Assembly: GCA_963827685.1 (NCBI GenBank)
Contig: CAWHBU010000001.1
Span: forward strand, 32,001 to 96,000
Direction of reading: 5' to 3'
DNA from: an uncultured delta proteobacterium
GTDB lineage: Bacteria; Desulfobacterota; BSN033; UBA1163
Length of the DNA: 64,000 nucleotides
The position numbers and the translations under genes were made by a program. Below, piece after piece: positions 57,498-64,000 of this stretch (position 1 is its first letter; every line of letters begins with the position of its first letter). The notes under the pieces were generated by a model. The model was not told the origin of the DNA and searched no databases. It saw only the letters and a list, made by a program, of their open reading frames with translations.

Positions 57498-58825
57498 CAG
57501 TACTGTCCGGTTAAGGATTTTTAAAAACTGACAATGTTAAACAATGTTAATAGGATAAACATAACAATGACCGTTTTCGATTTCAGATCGTCTGCTTTTA
57601 TTGGCCATAATACTTCCATCTCAGAGTGGAAAGGAATGGTCAATGCACTGTGGACGAATGATCTTTTCACAACTCATAAACTTTCTGCCCAAACACGAAT
57701 TCAACAAGTGTGTGCGAAGATACCAAGGCAATTACCGAGTCCGAAGATTTTCCTGTTTCGATCAATTTCTCTGCATGGCCTTCGCCCAGCTTACTTACCG
57801 AGAAAGTCTTCGCGAGACCGAAACGTGCTTGCGCGCCTTGCAGTCCAAACTCTACCATGTAGGGATTCGGAGCAAAGTCGCTCGAAGCACCCTGGCCGAA
57901 GCCAACGAAAACAGAGACTGGCGGATCTACGCCGATTTTGCTCAAGTGCTGATCCGAAGAGCAAGGTACCTGTATGCCAAAGAAGATTTCGGCGTGCTCT
58001 TGGATCAAGCCGCCTATGCCTTCGATTCGACGACGATCGATCTCTGTCTCTCGCTTTTTCCTTGGGCCCATTTTCGCAAACGCAAAGGCGCCATCAAACT
58101 CCATACGCTGATGGACCTCCATGGCAGTATCCCCTGCTTTATCCGCGTTACCGAAGGCAATGTTCACGACGTCAATCTCCTCGACCAATTGATCTTAGAG
58201 CCTGGCTCTTTTTACATTATGGATCGCGGCTATATCGATTTTGCCCGCCTGTATGTGTTCGCCCTCCATTCAGCCTTCTTTATCATTCGCGCCAAGAGAA
58301 ATCTCGATTGCACTCGTCGAAGCTACCGCCTCGTCGACAAAACCACGGGACTCCGAAGCGATCAAACGATTCTTCTCAATGGCCCAAAGACCTCCCAGGA
58401 ATATCCCGATCCCCTTCGCCGGATCAGCTATTTCGATATCGTAACGTCCAAACGATTCGTATTCCTGACAAACAATTTTATGCTCAACCCTCTGACCATT
58501 ACCCAACTGTACAAATGCCGCTGGCAGGTGGAACTCTTCTTCAAGTGGATCAAACAGCACCTTCGAATCAAATCCTTTTATGGAACCTCCGAGAATGCAG
58601 TGAAAACCCAAATCTGGATTGCAATAAGTATTTATGTTCTCTCCGCTATTATCAAGAAAGAATTGAAACTCGACCGAAGTCTCAACGAAATCCTGCAAAT
58701 CTTGAGCATCACTTTATTCGAGAAAAACCCCATTTATCAGGTGCTTTCAGGTTTTTTTGATGATATTAAAAAACCCGATTTCTGTAACCAATTGTCTTTA
58801 TTCAATTCTTAACCGGACAGCACTG
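57498..58825 (+). mobile_element. IS4-family insertion sequence with 9-bp target duplication
   Basis: IRs cagtactgtccggttaag / cttaaccggacagcactg; DR atccgaaac at 57489-97 and 58826-34. Confidence 0.95.
57601..58812 (+). CDS. IS4-family transposase (start uncertain)
   Basis: FAQLTYRESLR, DSTTI, KLH, MDRGY, Y..RWQVELFFK (YREK). Confidence 0.93.
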   Translation: MAIILPSQSGKEWSMHCGRMIFSQLINFLPKHEFNKCVRRYQGNYRVRRFSCFDQFLCMAFAQLTYRESLRETETCLRALQSKLYHVGIRSKVARSTLAEANENRDWRIYADFAQVLIRRARYLYAKEDFGVLLDQAAYAFDSTTIDLCLSLFPWAHFRKRKGAIKLHTLMDLHGSIPCFIRVTEGNVHDVNLLDQLILEPGSFYIMDRGYIDFARLYVFALHSAFFIIRAKRNLDCTRRSYRLVDKTTGLRSDQTILLNGPKTSQEYPDPLRRISYFDIVTSKRFVFLTNNFMLNPLTITQLYKCRWQVELFFKWIKQHLRIKSFYGTSENAVKTQIWIAISIYVLSAIIKKELKLDRSLNEILQILSITLFEKNPIYQVLSGFFDDIKKPDFCNQLSLFNS

Positions 58826-59079
58826 ATCCGAAACAATTACGAAATCCAAGTTTCTAAGTTCAAAAACTGTCTCTTTTTCTCTGGGACATTTGAAAATCCG
58901 AGCTTGTTTCGAATTTCGTGCTTCGGATTTCGAATTTCTTTCTCTAAACACTATCTTAAAAAATTACCAAGAAATCCACAAGAGAATAAGAAGCCCTCTC
59001 AAGAAGGAATTGAGAGGGCCCATTTAAAGATCATTAGCACAAAAAAATATAGGTTACAAGTGGACTATCGCTTATCTGC

Positions 59080-60027
59080 TTATTTTCTCTTTTTATGGCG
59101 ATCTCTATCGAAAGCCACCTGGTCTCCCTGTGATACAATGGTTGATTGGGGATTGAATAGATTGATGATAGGACGTAAGACAAAGAAGACCCCTTTGAAT
59201 AAAATCTTGATGAAGATGATTATAGGTACCAGAGCCCAATCAAAAAGTTCGTTGATATTGGCCATGCCCTCGGCCAGCCAATTGAAGATGGGCTGAAGGA
59301 TATGCAAGGGTTTGATGTGAGCATAAACCACAAACAAGACCAGGGTCCCGGCAGAGATCGTGAACTTCAAGGCGCTACTAAACTCAATACCCGCAAACTC
59401 ATCTAATAACAATTCTGTGCCGATATTGAAGACTACCAGGTAAGCCGCTGGTTTGAGGATGGGCTCCCTGAGAATCATCCATGTAAATATGCCCGCCGCA
59501 AAGCGCATGGTAATAATGCCGATCGCCACGCCAAACATGACGATGTAGAGATTATCAGAGAGTGCGACCACAGCCACCACATTATCAAGGGAAAAGGCCA
59601 AATCGGCTAACTCCACGGCTATGACCACGTTCCAGAAGCCTTTGCCTTCTACCCTCTTGGCTCTGGTTTGGTCTTCCTCACCGACTTCTGGTTCACCCAG
59701 ATTGTCAAAAGCGAGTTTGATGAGATAAGCGGCACCCAAAATCTTAAGATAATGGTTGTGGATGACGAAATTGGCCATAACAAGCATGAGACCACGACCC
59801 AGATAAGCTCCAAGGAGCCCTACCTTAAGGGCAGCAGAGCGTTGGCCGCCCAAGATACGGTGGACCGGAGGTCCGAGGAACTTGAGGGAACCGGGCCAAG
59901 GTACCATGTCCTTTGCCGGAAGCACAGACACCATAGCACCCAGGACAGCAGCGTTATCAATGGAGAGGATGCCCTCCAAGAAGATCACTTGGACAATGAT
60001 ATAAAGGAAATTCAAATCAAACTGCAT
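59080..60027 (-). CDS. TerC-family membrane protein
   Basis: LEGILSIDNA; VELADLAFSLDNV. Confidence 0.9.
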   Translation of the reverse strand: MQFDLNFLYIIVQVIFLEGILSIDNAAVLGAMVSVLPAKDMVPWPGSLKFLGPPVHRILGGQRSAALKVGLLGAYLGRGLMLVMANFVIHNHYLKILGAAYLIKLAFDNLGEPEVGEEDQTRAKRVEGKGFWNVVIAVELADLAFSLDNVVAVVALSDNLYIVMFGVAIGIITMRFAAGIFTWMILREPILKPAAYLVVFNIGTELLLDEFAGIEFSSALKFTISAGTLVLFVVYAHIKPLHILQPIFNWLAEGMANINELFDWALVPIIIFIKILFKGVFFVLRPIINLFNPQSTIVSQGDQVAFDRDRHKKRK

Positions 60028-60083
60028 TTGGCCTCAATCATCACTCATTGATTTCCAAATAGGATTTTTCTCCATGAATAAAA

Positions 60084-61223
60084 TTAGATAATCCCCATAC
60101 CTTTTAGAATCGAGAGCATCACGGCTGCTGCCATGACAGATCCGACCTGGCCACCTGTATTGGATCCCATGGCATGCATCAGGAGGTAATTTTGGGGATT
60201 GTATTTCTGGCCTTCCTTTTGGACTACTCTTGCGGACATCGGATAGGCTGAAATACCTGCAGCTCCGATGAGAGGATTAATCTTGCCGCCTGACAAAAAA
60301 TTCATCAATTTTCCAAACAGGACCCCACAGGCGGTATCGAGGCAGATGGCCAGAAAGCCCAGCCCAAGAATGATCAACGTCTGCGGTGTTATAAAGACCT
60401 TACCATCCATAGTGGCTCCAATGGAAATTCCCAAAAGGAGTGTGACGATGTTGGCAATCTCGTTTTCAGAAGCCTTGGTCAGCCGGCTCACTACTCCGCA
60501 CTCTTTCATCAAATTTCCCAGCATAACCGTTCCTAACAGGATTAACCCTTTGGGTGCAATGAGTCCTCCAATGACTGTAACGACTAAGGGGAAAAGGATC
60601 TTTGTCGTCTTTGAAGCAGATTTTCTCACCACTCCCATATTAATCATTCTCTCTTTTTTGGAAGTCAATAGTTTCATAATCGGAGGCTGGAAAACAGGAA
60701 CGAGAGACATGTAGGAATAGGCAGCCACGGAGACGGCACCTAAGAGGTGAGGAGCATACTTAGAGGTGACATAAATCGCAGTCGGTCCGTCACAGGCACC
60801 GATGATCCCGATAGAGACAGCTTCCAACTTTGTAAAATTCAAGGCCAGTGCTAAGGCCAATGTTAAAAAAATCCCGAATTGTCCTGCCGCTCCGAGAAGA
60901 AATATCTTCGGATTCTCCAGAAGAGGACCAAAATCGGTCATCGCACCAATGCCAACAAAGATGAGAAGCGGGAAAACCTCCGTGATAACCCCTGCATCGT
61001 AGATGATCTTGAGAAAGCCTCCTTCTTCCATAAGCCCCGCCAGTGGGATATTGACCAGGATGCACCCAAATCCTATCGGAACAAGGAGCAGGGGTTCGAA
61101 ATCTTTTTTGATCCCGAGATAGAGGAGAACGAGTCCCACTATAATCATAACCGGATTAGACCAGTGGAGGTTGACAAATCCTGCAACAAGTCCGTTCAAT
61201 CCGCCTAAAATCGCATCTAACAT
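60084..61223 (-). CDS. oadB: Na+-translocating decarboxylase beta subunit (OadB/GcdB/MmdB family)
   Basis: FEPLLLVPIGFG, GAAGQFG, DGPT, AAYSYM, NPLIGAAG.SA.PM. Confidence 0.93.
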   Translation of the reverse strand: MLDAILGGLNGLVAGFVNLHWSNPVMIIVGLVLLYLGIKKDFEPLLLVPIGFGCILVNIPLAGLMEEGGFLKIIYDAGVITEVFPLLIFVGIGAMTDFGPLLENPKIFLLGAAGQFGIFLTLALALALNFTKLEAVSIGIIGACDGPTAIYVTSKYAPHLLGAVSVAAYSYMSLVPVFQPPIMKLLTSKKERMINMGVVRKSASKTTKILFPLVVTVIGGLIAPKGLILLGTVMLGNLMKECGVVSRLTKASENEIANIVTLLLGISIGATMDGKVFITPQTLIILGLGFLAICLDTACGVLFGKLMNFLSGGKINPLIGAAGISAYPMSARVVQKEGQKYNPQNYLLMHAMGSNTGGQVGSVMAAAVMLSILKGMGII

Positions 61224-61255
61224 GGTTGATCCCTCCTTTTCTTAACCTACTTTCC

Positions 61256-61384
61256 CTATTCCTCTTTTCTATAAGGGAAGAATTTTTTTAGAACACTCAT
61301 ACACAAGCTCAAAATCCAGAGTGTCAGGAGTGTACCCCCCATTCCGACAATGATCATTGTAATTCCAAATGTCCAATTATCCAT
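61256..61384 (-). CDS. short OadG/GcdD-like single-TM subunit (not in ORF track)
   Basis: MDNWTFGITMIIVGMGGTLLTLWILSLCMSVLKKFFPYRKEE directly upstream of the beta subunit. Confidence 0.8.
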   Translation of the reverse strand: MDNWTFGITMIIVGMGGTLLTLWILSLCMSVLKKFFPYRKEE

Positions 61385-61463
61385 CTTCATACTCATTTAC
61401 CTCCCGATAATGTATGAAAGAGTCATCATTTAACTCAGGAACCCCTTCCTTTGTAAAGGGCGA

Positions 61464-61766
61464 TTAAGACGAGAAAGGATGAAAGATAGGAGGGGGTCTC
61501 CAGAAAGGAGATGTCCCCCGAAAGTGGAAAAGCAAAATAGATAAAGGGCTCTTCAATTGAAAGAAAAATTTAACTCGATTGAAAAAATAAGGTGGGGGTT
61601 TCAGATCGAACCATACATTCTGATCGATAGAAGGATCGTTCATCTCTGATTTTACAACAAGGGAGTTCTCGCTAACGGACCGACCAATATCTATGGCCTG
61701 ATCCATCTGAAATAGAGGAAACCCCGAAAGCAAAAAAAGAATCAATAGGAATTGAATCCATTTCAT
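61464..61766 (-). CDS. small exported leader-like protein with C-terminal RPPP
   Basis: Signal-like N-terminus; ..SPFWRPPPIFHPFSS. Confidence 0.55.
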   Translation of the reverse strand: MKWIQFLLILFLLSGFPLFQMDQAIDIGRSVSENSLVVKSEMNDPSIDQNVWFDLKPPPYFFNRVKFFFQLKSPLSILLFHFRGTSPFWRPPPIFHPFSS

Positions 61767-61891
61767 ATTTCGAGATCCGATATTTCCTAAATTGATTCAC
61801 CTTATACAACTTCCTTTTCAAAAAAGTCAACAGAAAAGGTGATTTATTTAACAAAGTGAAAAGAAAACAAATTTTCTATCATTTCTATAAG

Positions 61892-64000
61892 TTAAGTTGT
61901 CTTGTTTTTCCTGGTTTGAAACTCTTTGGCTTGGTACATGAAGGCTTCAAGGCGGGTTAAGGTATTGGTCTGCTCTTGCCCATCATAGGTCATGTTGAGG
62001 ATCGGGATGTTACTATTCTCTTCCCGATATCGCTTAAGTAAGGTACTGACAATCGTCCCAGGCATGCAGGTAAAAGGCATGATATTGACAATTCCACTGG
62101 CGCCCCTTTTGGCAAAATCGATTGTCTTTCCAACGGAGAGGATGGCCTCCCCTTCGAAGGAAGAGTCAATGTACGGTCTTGCCTTTTCAAAAATGGAATG
62201 GGTTGGGGGTTCCCCAATTTTTCTGAGATGACCTTTAAATATTTTCTCTAAATGGTGTTCATCCTTCTTCTGATAATAGTCTGTAAGAAAAACTTTTAAT
62301 AGATTCGAAAACGACTTCTTCTTGAAACTCCTCTTCTTGGCGATGGTGTTGACATAAAGAATCCATTCCGTTAGAGGGGCGATCCATGCTTCTCCTCCAA
62401 ACTGTTCAATCTTTCGAATAGCATTCTCGTTGGCAAACCGATTGAGCCGGACAAAGATCTCTCCAACAATCCCAATGAGCGGCTTGGTTACGAGTCCATC
62501 TACTTCAATCTGATTAAAATTTTCAATGCTTTTATGAAGAGCTTCTTCCAAATCGTCTCCCTTGAGAATCGCTTCACAGACTCTTCTTAGAGAGTTCTGA
62601 TAGACCTGATCCGTTTTTCCCTTTTCCTTCTCATAGGGCCGGGTCTCCAGGAGTTTTTTCATCAATAGGTCCACCGCCACAATTCCCTGCCATCCCAAAC
62701 GGGTGAATTGAGAACCCATGATGCCCAGATCATTATAAAGCGTCTCGTCCTGATTGGGTGAGTAAACAGGAACATGATGAAAACCCAAATCATCCAGAAC
62801 AAGGCGATGGAAGCGGTGGTATTGGCCAAACCGGCATGGCCCGTTACCCGAAGGCATGAAGAAAGCGGCCCGCTTGTGATCGAAATTTGGATCCTTTACC
62901 AACTTAACCATGTCACCTGTCGTCAGGATGCAAGGATAACACTCTTTGCCTGACGTGAGTTTCCTTCCCCAATAAAGCGTTTCCTCGTCTGATTCTGGAA
63001 AGACGTCTGCGTCCACGCCGCAAGCCTTAAAAGCCGCTGCCACCGCAAAGGAGTGGTCACACATGTAGGGAATATAGATTTTTTTCGTTCGGTCGGTCTT
63101 CGCCTTCTCTCTTTTTAAAGAGGGAATCATTTTTGCCTCAACATTTTTCAAACTGTCTAAGAACGCCTCGCATCGGGTGATCGCCCCAGCATCCGCGCTG
63201 TGCTCATCAATCTCCAATTGGAGATAGGGTTTTCCTTTGGATAAATCCCTGAAGAAGTGGCTGATGAAAGAATCGGGACCACAACCAAAATTAGTGATAT
63301 AGACCGCATAAAGTCTGGGGTCTTCCTTGACGATCTTTCCAGCCGCCAATATCCTCTGTCCGTATCGCCAATACATCTCCTGAATCTCTTCAGTAGGAGC
63401 GACCGATTCTAAAGCAAGGAAGTCCATGGGGATGGGAAGAACTCCTAAATCTCTCAATTTTTTTGGAATCTCAAGGTTGACTCCGGAGTCACAAGAGTTA
63501 TAAGGTCTGCCCACGATCACCATGACCTTATCGTTGGGGCCAACCTGACCCAGAACCTCTTTTCCACGATTGAGCATGGATTGATAGAACAGGGCTTGGA
63601 ATCTTTCTGCCTTCTCAAGGGCCTTTCTCACCCGCTTCGATCCTCGATCGAGGGATTTCCCGAATTCGACCAACTCCTTCTCCAGAAATTCTCTCCCGGA
63701 CCCGAAGTGAAGGATAGGTTGAAACATTTTCGCACTGCTCTTTTTAAAATCAATGGATGAAGGAACGGCATAGGGGAAAGATTGAGCATACGGGCATGCC
63801 GAACTATTAGGGATCTCTGGATGGGATGGTTTAACATTGACAATGCTCGGCAGAAAGACCCTCTTCACCCCTTTCTCTAAAAGGTTGAGGACATGGCCGT
63901 GGCTCACTTTAATGGGAAAGCAGGTTTCAGCGACGACGTTCTCCACCCCTTTTCGAATCAGTTCTTTGTTCGTTACATCAGAGAGAACCACCCGATAACC
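61892..64000 (-). CDS. CoA-substrate-specific enzyme activase / acyl-CoA dehydratase-related multidomain protein (5' part outside window)
   Basis: ETCFPIK..HGH, GRPYN, NFGCGPD, IDEH, GPCRFGQY, GIVGEIFVR, PFTCMPG. Confidence 0.88.
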   Translation of the reverse strand, partial: GYRVVLSDVTNKELIRKGVENVVAETCFPIKVSHGHVLNLLEKGVKRVFLPSIVNVKPSHPEIPNSSACPYAQSFPYAVPSSIDFKKSSAKMFQPILHFGSGREFLEKELVEFGKSLDRGSKRVRKALEKAERFQALFYQSMLNRGKEVLGQVGPNDKVMVIVGRPYNSCDSGVNLEIPKKLRDLGVLPIPMDFLALESVAPTEEIQEMYWRYGQRILAAGKIVKEDPRLYAVYITNFGCGPDSFISHFFRDLSKGKPYLQLEIDEHSADAGAITRCEAFLDSLKNVEAKMIPSLKREKAKTDRTKKIYIPYMCDHSFAVAAAFKACGVDADVFPESDEETLYWGRKLTSGKECYPCILTTGDMVKLVKDPNFDHKRAAFFMPSGNGPCRFGQYHRFHRLVLDDLGFHHVPVYSPNQDETLYNDLGIMGSQFTRLGWQGIVAVDLLMKKLLETRPYEKEKGKTDQVYQNSLRRVCEAILKGDDLEEALHKSIENFNQIEVDGLVTKPLIGIVGEIFVRLNRFANENAIRKIEQFGGEAWIAPLTEWILYVNTIAKKRSFKKKSFSNLLKVFLTDYYQKKDEHHLEKIFKGHLRKIGEPPTHSIFEKARPYIDSSFEGEAILSVGKTIDFAKRGASGIVNIMPFTCMPGTIVSTLLKRYREENSNIPILNMTYDGQEQTNTLTRLEAFMYQAKEFQTRKNKTT

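Larger units (their letters stand above)
57465..58938. repeat. long imperfect palindromic repeat (gaaattcgaa../..ttcgaatttc) split by the IS4
   Basis: Left arm 57465-57497 is complementary to right arm ~58905-58938. Confidence 0.65.

Noticed and set aside
57534-58760. 408-aa overlapping ORF in another frame of the IS4 transposase
   Set aside because: Arg/Ser/Pro-rich composition typical of an off-frame read; no recognisable motif

Overview
Bacterial chromosomal window, probably from an anaerobic Deltaproteobacteria/Desulfobacterota-type organism (inferred from gene content and repeat style). About 1-52 kb is a mosaic accessory region and about 52.4-64 kb is intact housekeeping-like sequence (tatD, sua5, purE, TerC, Na+-translocating decarboxylase subunits, CoA-activase protein). 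Mobile elements with ends readable from the sequence: two apparently identical IS3 copies, an IS1182, an IS4 with a 9-bp target duplication, an IS110, and a 2.15-kb element encoding two tyrosine recombinases between perfect 12-bp inverted repeats. Main observations: (1) an integrase-less, decaying integron-type cassette array at 45.4-51.9 kb with complementary core sites bracketing most cassettes and unusual metabolic cargo; (2) two unnamed repeat families (a 27-bp palindrome and a ~190-bp co-oriented repeat) at module boundaries across the first 20 kb; (3) an IS110 non-coding end that folds like a bridge RNA, with loops matching its own target and donor junctions; (4) a sigma54 promoter, c-di-GMP-I riboswitch and terminator upstream of a repeat-rich lipoprotein; (5) an RPPP-ending leader ORF upstream of oadG/oadB; (6) a GT2 plus TMTC-like TPR glycosylation pair. 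Several accessory genes are frameshifted, and some of these breaks could be assembly errors. No rRNA, tRNA or CRISPR array was seen. All protein calls are motif recognition by eye, not database results.
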